Assembly (NCBI GenBank): GCA_963730185.1
Contig: CAVSQW010000008.1
Coordinates: 544,001-608,000, forward strand
Reading direction: 5' to 3'
Length of the DNA stretch: 64,000 bases
Origin: an uncultured Gemmatimonadales bacterium
GTDB taxonomy: Bacteria; Gemmatimonadota; Gemmatimonadetes; Gemmatimonadales; GWC2-71-9
Shown here: positions 49,473-57,881 of the stretch, piece after piece
Layout: the number at the start of each line of letters is the position of its first letter
Numbering within the stretch: position 1 is the stretch's first letter
Position numbers and translations under genes: made by a program
Notes under the pieces: model-generated
The model's database searches: none
What the model saw: the letters and a program-made list of their open reading frames with translations, nothing else
Told to the model about the DNA's origin: nothing

Positions 49473-51206
49473 GTGTTCGCCACCGCCGACTGGGTCGTCA
49501 TCGGCCTCTACCTGGCGTTTGCCCTGGTGGTGGGCTTCGCCGTGCGCGAGCGGGCCGGCCAGGGGCGCCGGAGCTACTTCATCGCCAACTCGACCTTGCC
49601 CTGGTGGTGGGCCGGGGTGTCGATCGCGGCGACCACCTTCGCGGCGGACACCCCGCTCGCGATCACCGGGATCGTCGCGTCGCGGGGGCTCTCCGGCAAC
49701 TGGCTCTGGCTTTCCTGGATCCTGGTGCACGCCGCCGTGGTGGTGATCTTCGCCCGCCGCTGGTGGCGGACCGGCGTGGTGACCGACGCCGAGTTCATCT
49801 CGCTCCGCTACGGCGATCGCCTGGCGCCGACGCTCCGTTCGTTCCGCGCCTTCCTCTTCGGGATCGTCTACAACGGGATCATCCTGGGTTGGGTGCTCCG
49901 GGCCATGAGCAAGATCGTCCACCCGCTCTTTCGCTGGGAGGACTGGTTCCCCGGGCTGGTGCACTTCGTGGGGCGCCTGATGCCGGCCGAGACCGCAATC
50001 GGCGGTCCGTCCGAGGTGCTGTCGCTGGTCTCCCTGATCGCCCTGGTGGCGCTCTACTCCTCGATGGGCGGGATCCGGGGCGTGATCATCACCGACCTGG
50101 TGCAGTTCGCGCTCGGACTCTTCGGGAGCATCTGGCTCGCGGTGGCCGCCTGGCAGGCGGTGGGCGGCCACGCCGGGCTGATGCACGCCCTGCGTGAGCT
50201 CTACGGGCGGAACCACGACTTGCTGGCGCTCTTTCCCTCGACCAGCCGCGCCTGGGTCCAGAGTCTCGGCCTCGGGGCGTTCACCTTGGGCGTGTATCTC
50301 CTGGTCCAGTCGTATGCCAACGTCCCGGCCGACGGCGGCGGCTACCTCCAGCAGCGGCTCAACGCTACCCGGAGCGAGCGGGACGCGGTCAAGGCCGCCG
50401 GCCTCTTCGTCGGGCTCCAGTACGTGATCCGGATCTGGCCCTGGTTCATCGTCGCGCTCGCCGCGTTGGTGCTGATCCCGTTGGAGGGCGGCGGGACGGC
50501 GGTGCCGGAGCGGCTGGCGGCGATGGTGGCGCACGACCGGGAGATGGCCTACCCGGCGCTGATGGTCTTCTTGCTGCCGGCCGGGGCGCTGGGGCTGGTG
50601 GTGGTGAGTTTGCTGGCCGCGTTCATGAGCACGATCGACACCCACTTCAACTGGGGCGCCTCGTACCTGGTAAGCGACATCTACCTCCGGCTCCGGCCCC
50701 AGGCCTCCACCGGCGAGCAGGTGTGGGTGGCCCGGCTCGCGGTGGTGGGGTTCGCGATCATGGCGGTCATCGTGGGCTTCAACATCGACACGATCGAGCA
50801 GGCCTGGCGCTGGGTGGCCTTTCTCGGCGCGGCGTTAGGCGTTCCGACGGCGCTCCGGTGGCTCTGGTGGCGGGTAACCGCCGCGGCCGAGCTGGCCGGG
50901 GCGGTGGCCGGCCTGGCGACCGGGTTCGCCCTGGTGGCGCTGACGAGCACGCCCTACGAGGTCAGCCTGATCTGGATCTCCGGGGTCAGCACGGCGGTGA
51001 TGCTGGCGACGATTCTGCTGGGCCCCCGCCCGGCGGAGGCCACGGTTCGGGCGTTCGAGGAGAAGGTGTCGCCGCTGGGCTTCTGGCCGAGCCGGTCGCT
51101 GGCCGCCGGCTGGCGCCAGATCGCGAGCCACGTCGCGGGGGTCGCCGCCCTGGTCCTTGGCATGATGGCCAGCCTCTGGCTCGGGTCGGAGATCTTCCTG
51201 CGCTGA
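49473..51206 (+). CDS. Sodium:solute symporter family protein
   Basis: YFIA...LPWWWAGVSIAATTFAADTPL, G..GNW.W, YS..GG...V..TD..QF, YLQQRL, AAFMSTIDTH.NWGASYLV.D.Y; 3 nt after the ggpS stop. Confidence 0.92.
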   Translation: MFATADWVVIGLYLAFALVVGFAVRERAGQGRRSYFIANSTLPWWWAGVSIAATTFAADTPLAITGIVASRGLSGNWLWLSWILVHAAVVVIFARRWWRTGVVTDAEFISLRYGDRLAPTLRSFRAFLFGIVYNGIILGWVLRAMSKIVHPLFRWEDWFPGLVHFVGRLMPAETAIGGPSEVLSLVSLIALVALYSSMGGIRGVIITDLVQFALGLFGSIWLAVAAWQAVGGHAGLMHALRELYGRNHDLLALFPSTSRAWVQSLGLGAFTLGVYLLVQSYANVPADGGGYLQQRLNATRSERDAVKAAGLFVGLQYVIRIWPWFIVALAALVLIPLEGGGTAVPERLAAMVAHDREMAYPALMVFLLPAGALGLVVVSLLAAFMSTIDTHFNWGASYLVSDIYLRLRPQASTGEQVWVARLAVVGFAIMAVIVGFNIDTIEQAWRWVAFLGAALGVPTALRWLWWRVTAAAELAGAVAGLATGFALVALTSTPYEVSLIWISGVSTAVMLATILLGPRPAEATVRAFEEKVSPLGFWPSRSLAAGWRQIASHVAGVAALVLGMMASLWLGSEIFLR

Positions 51207-51210
51207 GCGA

Positions 51211-52020
51211 CTAGGGCCGATCGAACGCCGGCTCCGGCTCCACGGGCCGAAGCGCGGGGCGCTTGGGGTGGATCCCATCGCCGGCCGACCGGCCCTGCAG
51301 CGAGCGCCAGACCCACGGGGCCAGGTGGCGCCGGGTCCAGCGGAGCTCGACGAGGACCCGGGCGAGCAGAGACCGCTCGGGCGCCGGGGGCAGCGGCGCG
51401 TTCCAGTCGCCGTCGGCGCCGCCGAGGCCGATCGCCTGGGCGAGGGCGGTCGCGATCCGGGCGTGGCCCACCGCGTTGGCGTGGAGCCGGTCGTCGCTCC
51501 AGAGGCGGGGGTCCGAGGCGACGGGGTGGCGGGCGATGTCGACCAGAATCGCCCCGGTGCGGGCCGAGGCGGCGCGGAGCGCATCGTTGAGGGCCGCCAC
51601 CCGGTGCCGGACCAGTCGGGCGAGCGGCATCACCGGGGTGAGGTCGGGGAGGGTGAAGGAGAGCACGGTGGCGCCGCCGGCGATCAGGGCGCCCTGCATC
51701 CGCTCGACGTCGGCGCCGACCCGGTCGGCGTCGAAGCGGCGGGCCACGGCGTCGTTGGTGCCGGCGAACAGGGTGGCGAGGTCTGGCTCCATGGCCAGAG
51801 CCGGTTCGAGCTGGCCGGCCAGGATCTGGTCGGTCCGCCGGCCGCGGACGCCGAGGTTGGCGTAGAGCAGGCTGCCCTGGGCCCGGGCCAGGCGCTCGGC
51901 GAGCCGGTTGGCCCAGCCCCGATAGCCGCCCCGGCCGTCGGGGTCGTCGAGTCCTTCGGTGGAGCTGTCGCCGATGGCCACGTAGCGGGAGAACCGGCGG
52001 GGCGGCGCCGGGTCAGGCAT
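51211..52020 (-). CDS. SGNH/GDSL hydrolase
   Basis: YVAIGDSSTEG, YRGWA.RLA, YANLGVRG, AGTND, DRLHAN..GH. Confidence 0.92.
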   Translation of the reverse strand: MPDPAPPRRFSRYVAIGDSSTEGLDDPDGRGGYRGWANRLAERLARAQGSLLYANLGVRGRRTDQILAGQLEPALAMEPDLATLFAGTNDAVARRFDADRVGADVERMQGALIAGGATVLSFTLPDLTPVMPLARLVRHRVAALNDALRAASARTGAILVDIARHPVASDPRLWSDDRLHANAVGHARIATALAQAIGLGGADGDWNAPLPPAPERSLLARVLVELRWTRRHLAPWVWRSLQGRSAGDGIHPKRPALRPVEPEPAFDRP

Positions 52021-52489
52021 CCGGCGTGAGGGCCTTCCGGTAATGGATGGTCTCGGGCTCGTAGCCGGCCCTCTCGTAGAGCCGCCGGGCGGTCTCGTTG
52101 CCGGCGAACACGTTGAGGGTGATCTGGGCATAGCCCCGACGACCGGCCCACTCGCCGGCGGCGTCGAGCAAGGCTCGCCCGACGCCCTTCCCGACCTGGT
52201 CCGGCAGCACCGCCAGGACTTCGACGTGCGCGTGGGGGAGCCCGGTGAAGTAGTCGTGCCTGGTCGACACGAAGACTCCGCCGACGGGGGTGCCCTCGGG
52301 CGCCTCGGCCACCATGATCAGGCTCGCCTCGGTGGGGCGGGTCAGGGCCTGGAGGAGGATGGCGTAGTCGGCCCGACGAATCTGCCGGGCGGTCCGCCAG
52401 GTGGGGATCGGGAAGTCGGCGAGCCGGTCCATCAGACCGAGGAGGAAGGGTTCGTCGGCCGGGCCGGCCACGCGGATGATCGGGGTCAT
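52013..52489 (-). CDS. GNAT family N-acetyltransferase
   Basis: VEVLAV.P...GKGVGRALL, ITLNVFAGNETARRLYER.GY. Confidence 0.9.
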   Translation of the reverse strand: MTPIIRVAGPADEPFLLGLMDRLADFPIPTWRTARQIRRADYAILLQALTRPTEASLIMVAEAPEGTPVGGVFVSTRHDYFTGLPHAHVEVLAVLPDQVGKGVGRALLDAAGEWAGRRGYAQITLNVFAGNETARRLYERAGYEPETIHYRKALTPDA

Positions 52490-52535
52490 GTGGGTTTGAA
52501 CACCGAGCGCCGGTTCCCGAGGTGAGGGATGGGCG

Positions 52536-52943
52536 TCACGAAGGCGGATTGGAAGGCGCGGTCGGCGACCACTCCAGGCCCCATGGGGTGTCGATCGCGA
52601 AGAGCCAGGTGCCGTCCATCTGGCGGCGGGCCACCTCGATGCTTGCGCCGGCCGTCTGGACCGGCTTGCCGTCGGGGCCGGTGCCGGCGAGGGTCCAGCG
52701 GCTGGTCAGGAGGGCGAGGTCGCCGGTGTGGGCGAGGACCTTGGTGTCGAGCGTCATCGTGGGCTTCATGGCCAGGAAGCCCTGGAGGGCGACCCGCACG
52801 GCCGATGCGCCGACCACGACCTGGCCGGGCTGGGTGGTGAAGGCGGCCTGCTGCTCGTAGAGGGTCATCAGGGCGTCGAGGTCGCCCGCGTTGAGGTGCT
52901 GCTCGAACAGCCGGTCCAGGTCTTCGGGGTGCTTGGCGGGCAT
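52536..52943 (-). CDS. SnoaL-like/NTF2 (DUF4440, YybH-like) protein
   Basis: FEQHLNAGDLDALM.LYE..A, GDLALL...W, EVARRQ.DGTW.F.ID.PWG. Confidence 0.85.
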   Translation of the reverse strand: MPAKHPEDLDRLFEQHLNAGDLDALMTLYEQQAAFTTQPGQVVVGASAVRVALQGFLAMKPTMTLDTKVLAHTGDLALLTSRWTLAGTGPDGKPVQTAGASIEVARRQMDGTWLFAIDTPWGLEWSPTAPSNPPS

Positions 52944-52987
52944 GCGCGTCTCCGGGGTCGGGGTGACGAGCCGCGCCGGGCGCTGGA

Positions 52988-53242
52988 TCAGCGGGCGGCG
53001 CGAACGGCGGCAAACACGTTGGCGTCGAGCCAATCGAGCAGCAGCTGATCGACTTCCTCGGGCGTCTGCTCGGCATCGTGGGGCATGACTTCCCAGCGCT
53101 TCCCCGCGGCCATCAGGTACCAGGCGGGGCTGGTGGCGGCGATATCGCGCTTGGGGTTGGCGGCCTGGCCCTCGTAGGAGACGAAGTGAAAGTCGCGACC
53201 TCGATGGCGGAGGCGTCGCTGATCGGTCTTGTGCGCGTGCAT
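52988..53242 (-). CDS. Small hypothetical protein
   Basis: QRRL.HRGR.FHFVSYEG..AN......PAWYLM.AGKRW.VMP; coding-like, no recognised family. Confidence 0.65.
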   Translation of the reverse strand: MHAHKTDQRRLRHRGRDFHFVSYEGQAANPKRDIAATSPAWYLMAAGKRWEVMPHDAEQTPEEVDQLLLDWLDANVFAAVRAAR

Positions 53243-53369
53243 GCGAGGCTCGTCGGTGGGAGGAATCGCGGCGGCACTGACGTCGGCCCGCCGGGGCGAG
53301 CGACCCCCGGAATCTAACCGGATTCGCCCTCCGTTGCAGACGGGCGCGCGGGGCGACCGGTTCGAAGGG

Positions 53370-54005
53370 TCAGGGCTGAGGCCTCCGGGCCAGGATCTGC
53401 ACTACGGCCGATGGTCCGGTGTGATAGCGTCCTTCGCGAATGTCGCGTTCCACCTCGCGCCCGATCACGAGCTCGAGCGCCCCGAGCTCCTCCCGGAGGC
53501 CCGCGAGCGTCATCAGGCGGTCGGGGTCGCGCGGGCCGCCGGTCCCGAAGGTCAGCTGGCGCGGCGTGTACGCTTCGAGGACGTAGTATCCGCCGGGTTG
53601 GAGGCCGCGCTCCACCTGGCGATGGATCCGGCGGCGGAGCGCCGACGGCACGTGGGCGAAGATTGCCACGACGGCGGCCCATCGGTCGGGCTCGACCGGA
53701 TAGTCGGCCAGGTCGGTGGCGATCGTGGTGAGCGGGACGCCGCGTTCCCGGGCCAGCTCGGCCGCCCGCGCCAGACCGACGGCCGAGCGGTCGACGGCGG
53801 TGACCGGATGGCCGAGCGAGGCCAGGTGGACCGCGTTCCGGCCCTGGCCTTCGGCCAGGCAGAGGACCGGCCCGTCGGGAATCTCCAGCGCCACCGCCGC
53901 CAGAAAATCGTTAGGCTCGGTCCCATAGGCGTAGCCCGGCTCGGCGAACCGGGTGTCCCAATCGGCGGGGTTGGAGCCGGCGGGAGGCTCGGGGGTGGCG
54001 CTCAT
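53370..54005 (-). CDS. Class I SAM-dependent methyltransferase (TehB-like)
   Basis: WD.RF....YAYGTEPNDFL, VLCLAEGQGRNAV.LA, VTAVD.S, L.PGG. Confidence 0.9.
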   Translation of the reverse strand: MSATPEPPAGSNPADWDTRFAEPGYAYGTEPNDFLAAVALEIPDGPVLCLAEGQGRNAVHLASLGHPVTAVDRSAVGLARAAELARERGVPLTTIATDLADYPVEPDRWAAVVAIFAHVPSALRRRIHRQVERGLQPGGYYVLEAYTPRQLTFGTGGPRDPDRLMTLAGLREELGALELVIGREVERDIREGRYHTGPSAVVQILARRPQP

Positions 54006-54012
54006 TGGGAGC

Positions 54013-54570
54013 TCAGGCGCTTCCCTCGAGGTGGGCCTCGACGAACCAGAGCCACTTGTCGGCCCCGCGCGAGATCTCGGTCAAGATGTCGGCGGCGTCG
54101 GCGTCGCCCAGCTCGCTCATCTCCTCAATCCCGATCCGGACCGCCCGGCCGAACTCGCTCAGCGCGTCGGACAGCGCGGCGACATGCTCGCGACCCTGGG
54201 AGAGGCCCAGCGGGTAGTCGAGCAGGGACGACCGGTCGGCGACCACCTCGACCGTGCCTTCGGCGACGCCGCCCAGTTGGACGATCCGCTCCGCGATCAG
54301 GTCGGCGTACTCGTCGACGGCGCCGTGGATCTGGTCGAACAGCTCGTGCAGGGCGATGAAGGCCGGCCCTTTGACGTTCCAGTGGGCCTGCTTGGCCTGG
54401 GTCTCGAGGTCGATGGCGTCGGCCAGACGCCGATTGAGGAGCCCGATCACCTCGACCCGGGTGGCTTCCGGGAGATCGTTCTTGGTGGGGTGGAGTCGGG
54501 TGGAGGCATAGCGGGTTTCCGAGGCGCTCCGGGACTGGGCGGGACGGCGAGCGGAGGTCTTCTTGGGCAT
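54013..54570 (-). CDS. dps: DNA starvation/stationary phase protection protein Dps
   Basis: KQAHWNVKGP.FIALHELFD, DLIAERIVQLGG, DKWLWFVEAH; basic N-terminal tail. Confidence 0.95.
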   Translation of the reverse strand: MPKKTSARRPAQSRSASETRYASTRLHPTKNDLPEATRVEVIGLLNRRLADAIDLETQAKQAHWNVKGPAFIALHELFDQIHGAVDEYADLIAERIVQLGGVAEGTVEVVADRSSLLDYPLGLSQGREHVAALSDALSEFGRAVRIGIEEMSELGDADAADILTEISRGADKWLWFVEAHLEGSA

Positions 54571-54772
54571 GGCGGACTCCGGGTGCAGGCGACGAGCATC
54601 GGTCAGTCAGTCTTGAGCTGCCTCGAATAATAGGCGGTGTCGACCGGATGGGTTCCGGTGGCCCCTCGGCGACCCCTCGCGGCGGTAGCGACCACGGGGG
54701 GGCCGGCTCCGGGCCCGCTTCCCAATCGCTTCCCCGCGCCGGCCGCGACCGATCCCCGTCACGGGGGCGGGC

Positions 54773-55381
54773 TCACCAGCGAAGTCCGACGCCGGCCGCC
54801 AGGCTGGCGGGGTGGATCCGGAGCGTCGCCAGGCGGGTACCGGCTGCGTCGAGATGGGTCGTGGATCCGTACCATCCGGCCGCGAGGTTGAGGACGACCG
54901 AGGCGCGGAGCCGCACGTCCACGCCGGCGGCGAGCGCCGGCCCTAGGCTGGGGGAGAGGCCGTCGGAGTCGAGTGAACCGCTCTTCTCCCAGAACAAGGT
55001 GAGGTTGCCGCCCCCGCCGATGTACGGGTTGACCGCGGCACCCGGGCGGAGCGACACGAGGATCACGGCGGTGAGTGGGAGTGACTCCACCGAGCCGAGG
55101 TTGACAGCGGGCCTGACGTCCCGGCGCTCGAGCTCCCGGGATTCCGCCGCGCTGGCCAGCTCGACCGCGAGGCGACGACCGAGGTCGCGTCGGAGCGTCA
55201 CGCCCAGGCCGACGGCGCTGTAGACCTTGTAGCCGGCGGGCTCCGAGCTCTCGGACGTTCCGGTCACGCGGATCTGGGTACGGAGGCTCCAGCGCATCGG
55301 GCCGGGGTTGGCGGACTGGGCCCAACTCGGCGCCGCGAGGCTGGTCAGGGCGAGCAGGGTGATCAGGCGTGAGGTGAGCAT
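54773..55381 (-). CDS. OmpW-family outer-membrane beta-barrel protein
   Basis: Signal peptide (SWAQ), LGSV..LP.T, NPYIGGG.N.T.F, G.A..AGVD, C-terminal GVGLRW. Confidence 0.8.
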   Translation of the reverse strand: MLTSRLITLLALTSLAAPSWAQSANPGPMRWSLRTQIRVTGTSESSEPAGYKVYSAVGLGVTLRRDLGRRLAVELASAAESRELERRDVRPAVNLGSVESLPLTAVILVSLRPGAAVNPYIGGGGNLTLFWEKSGSLDSDGLSPSLGPALAAGVDVRLRASVVLNLAAGWYGSTTHLDAAGTRLATLRIHPASLAAGVGLRW

Positions 55382-55518
55382 CGTCCGGCTCCCGCGCACG
55401 ACCGCCCGCGCAGAGGCCGGGGCGATCCTGGCCCCGCGCGGCCCGGTCGGTGGGAAAATCTCGGCGGGGCGGCCTGAACCGGTCCTGAACGGTACCGGAA
55501 GGGGAGTTTAGGAGCGGA

Positions 55519-55606
55519 CGGCGCGGGTGGGATTCGAACCCACGGTACCCTTTGGGGGTACGCCGGTTTTCAAGACCGGTGCATTCAACCACTCTGCCAC
55601 CACGCC
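55519..55606 (-). tRNA. tRNA-Ser(TGA)
   Basis: GGCGTGGTGGCAGAGTGGTTGAATGCACCGGTCTTGAAAACCGGCGTACCCCCAAAGGGTACCGTGGGTTCGAATCCCACCCGCGCCG; long variable arm, anticodon TGA. Confidence 0.96.
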
Positions 55607-55633
55607 CGGCATTCCGAAGCTACATGGACCGCC

Positions 55634-57877
55634 TCAGTCGCGGAACGGCGCCGTCTGGCCCGTCTCGGGCGCGAGACTCCCGGCCACGGCCCGGGCGACG
55701 GAGTCGGCTCGCGCGGCGCCCGCGGTGTCGCCCTGCTGGCGGAGGGTGGCCGCGAAGCCGGCGTAGACCACGCCGTACAGCTCGATGATCGACTGCGACG
55801 GATTGTCGACCCAGCCGTGGGGCCGGGCCCGGCCGGCCTTGGCGTACTCGTAGGCGTTCCAGAGCAGGGCCCGGGTCCGGTCGAGGTCCATGTACCCCAT
55901 GCCGGCGCTCAAGACGATCGGCGGCTTGGGGACCACCTTCTCGGGATAGAGCTTCCGGACGAAGCCCTGGGTCACCAGGTACGGGGTCAGCCCGAAGGTC
56001 TGGTCGGGGTAGGTCCCCACGCTCCAGCTGAAGTAGATCGGCCGCTTGCCCAGATTGTCTCGAATCAGGAGCATGACGGCCAGGTCCTTCCGGTCCAGGA
56101 GGTCGGTCCCGAAGGTGACCTCCACGTCACCGAAGCGAAGCTTGCCCTGGGGCGCCCGGGTGATCTCGGGCAGGCTGTCGAGCTGGGCGGTGGTCAGGCT
56201 GAAGACCGGCGTGGTCGGCTCCACCCACCGGGCCGGCTTCCGCTGGGCGGAGTCGTTTGGCGAGAGCGGAATGCTGTCCGCGCGTGGGACATCGGTGGCC
56301 GGCTTCCAGAGATCGATCGACTTCGACGGGTCGAACGGCGGGGCCTGGCGCCGGCGAAGCTGGCGGAGATGCCAGTCCGTGTTCATCAGCGACAGGTTGG
56401 CCACGGTCACGTCGGGCCGGACCCGCTCGACCTCCTGGGCGAACCAGAGCGGGAAGGTGTCGTTGTCGCCGGCGGTGATGATGATCCCGTAGGGCTCGAC
56501 CGACTCGAGCAGATCGCGGGCGAAGGCCTCGGCGGCCCATTCGTGCGCCCGGCTCGCGGTCTGGCGGTTCCCGAGCAGCGGGATCAGCGCCAGCGCGGCG
56601 ACCGGGAGGCCGTAGAGCCAGCGCCGCTGCCCGCCGCCCTTGACCGACTCGGCCACCATCCGCATGGCCCATCCGAATCCCAGGGCGACCATGGTGCCGA
56701 AGAACGCGAACGAGCAGACGAAGAAGTAGTCGCGCTCGCGGACCTCGCGCATGGCCGAGGTGATGTCGGTCCGGTCGGGGTAGATCGAATAGCCGTACTT
56801 GAAGTTGAGGTAGAAGATCAGGGCCAGGGTGAGGGTGAACAGCATTGCGCCGGCGGCGAACCCGGCCCGCTTGTCGCGCCGGATCAGCTCCACCAGCCCA
56901 GCCAGGCCGAGCACGCTGAAGAGGGCGGTGGCCACCCGGGCGAAGCCGCCCCAGTCACGGGCGAACTGCCAGCTGAAGTACTGCCAGTAGTTGGCCAGCT
57001 GGGCCGGGAGGTCGGCCTGGCGTTCGAAGATCGAGCCCTTGCCGTATTGCACCCGGTTGATCACGTCGGAGAGCTGGTGGCTGCAGTTGGCCAGTCCGGC
57101 GGTGAGGGCGCAGATGGCGTTCAGGCCAATCGGCTCGCCCTCGTTGATCGGGGGAAACTGAGCCGAGCGGATCGGGAGAAAGATGTAGTTGGGGGTGAGG
57201 CCGATGATCACGGCCGCCACGATGCCGACCAGCACCCAGGGACGGGTGAGCACCCGCCAGTCGGTCCAGAGCACGTAGACCACGACCGCGGGGGCGGCCA
57301 GCACGCCCATCAGGTGATTGGTGGAGGTGAGCGCCAGGAGATAGGCGATCAGGATCAGCCACCGATCGCGATGCGAGCCGGCCCGGTCGTCGCCCCAGTG
57401 GACCGCCAGCCAGGTGACCAGCGCCATGAAGAAGAGCGAGACGGTGTAGACCTTCTCGTTGACGGTCGACTGGTTCCAGACCGTCCACATGGTGGCGCCG
57501 ACCAGCACGCCGGCGAACGCCGCCACCAGCCGAGGCAGCCGCTCGGGGACGATGGTGGTGAGCCAGCGCTCGGCCACCAGGAACCAGAGCCCCGCCGAGG
57601 CGGCGCTGGTGACGGCGGCGAAGAGGTTGATCCGGACCGCGTAGTTGGCCGCCAGGGGGAGGAGGCCGAAGGTGTGGGCCAGGAGGACGAAGAGCGGGTT
57701 CCCGGGTGGATGGGGGATCCCCAGCACCTTGGCCGCCGCGATGTACTCCGAGGTGTCCCAGAACGCCGTGGTCGGCGCCAGGGTCGCGAGGTAGATCGCG
57801 AAGACGACGATGCCGGTGCCCAGCGCCAGGAGGTAAGGCGGCTGGGAACGGGTCGGAGGGGCGAGGGGATCGGTCAT
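55634..57877 (-). CDS. DUF2723 / TMEM260-like GT-C membrane glycosyltransferase
   Basis: YL.TLAPT..FWD.SEYI......LGIPHPPGNPLF, RIN..AA, W.QS, EVRERDYFF, GDNDTFPLW..QEVE..R.DV...NLSLMNT.W; about 11 TM helices plus a soluble C-terminal domain. Confidence 0.88.
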   Translation of the reverse strand: MTDPLAPPTRSQPPYLLALGTGIVVFAIYLATLAPTTAFWDTSEYIAAAKVLGIPHPPGNPLFVLLAHTFGLLPLAANYAVRINLFAAVTSAASAGLWFLVAERWLTTIVPERLPRLVAAFAGVLVGATMWTVWNQSTVNEKVYTVSLFFMALVTWLAVHWGDDRAGSHRDRWLILIAYLLALTSTNHLMGVLAAPAVVVYVLWTDWRVLTRPWVLVGIVAAVIIGLTPNYIFLPIRSAQFPPINEGEPIGLNAICALTAGLANCSHQLSDVINRVQYGKGSIFERQADLPAQLANYWQYFSWQFARDWGGFARVATALFSVLGLAGLVELIRRDKRAGFAAGAMLFTLTLALIFYLNFKYGYSIYPDRTDITSAMREVRERDYFFVCSFAFFGTMVALGFGWAMRMVAESVKGGGQRRWLYGLPVAALALIPLLGNRQTASRAHEWAAEAFARDLLESVEPYGIIITAGDNDTFPLWFAQEVERVRPDVTVANLSLMNTDWHLRQLRRRQAPPFDPSKSIDLWKPATDVPRADSIPLSPNDSAQRKPARWVEPTTPVFSLTTAQLDSLPEITRAPQGKLRFGDVEVTFGTDLLDRKDLAVMLLIRDNLGKRPIYFSWSVGTYPDQTFGLTPYLVTQGFVRKLYPEKVVPKPPIVLSAGMGYMDLDRTRALLWNAYEYAKAGRARPHGWVDNPSQSIIELYGVVYAGFAATLRQQGDTAGAARADSVARAVAGSLAPETGQTAPFRD

Positions 57878-57881
57878 GGGA

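Noticed and set aside
47205..50645. 1146-aa minus-strand ORF and many other long antisense or alternate-frame ORFs (e.g. 55817..57910+, 57876..59426+, 42768..44846+)
   Set aside because: Shadow frames of real high-GC genes on the opposite strand; no recognisable motifs.
55519..55606. Possible tRNA-Sec (selC), given nearby selA
   Set aside because: Anticodon is TGA (reads UCA, Ser), not TCA; normal 7-bp acceptor stem.
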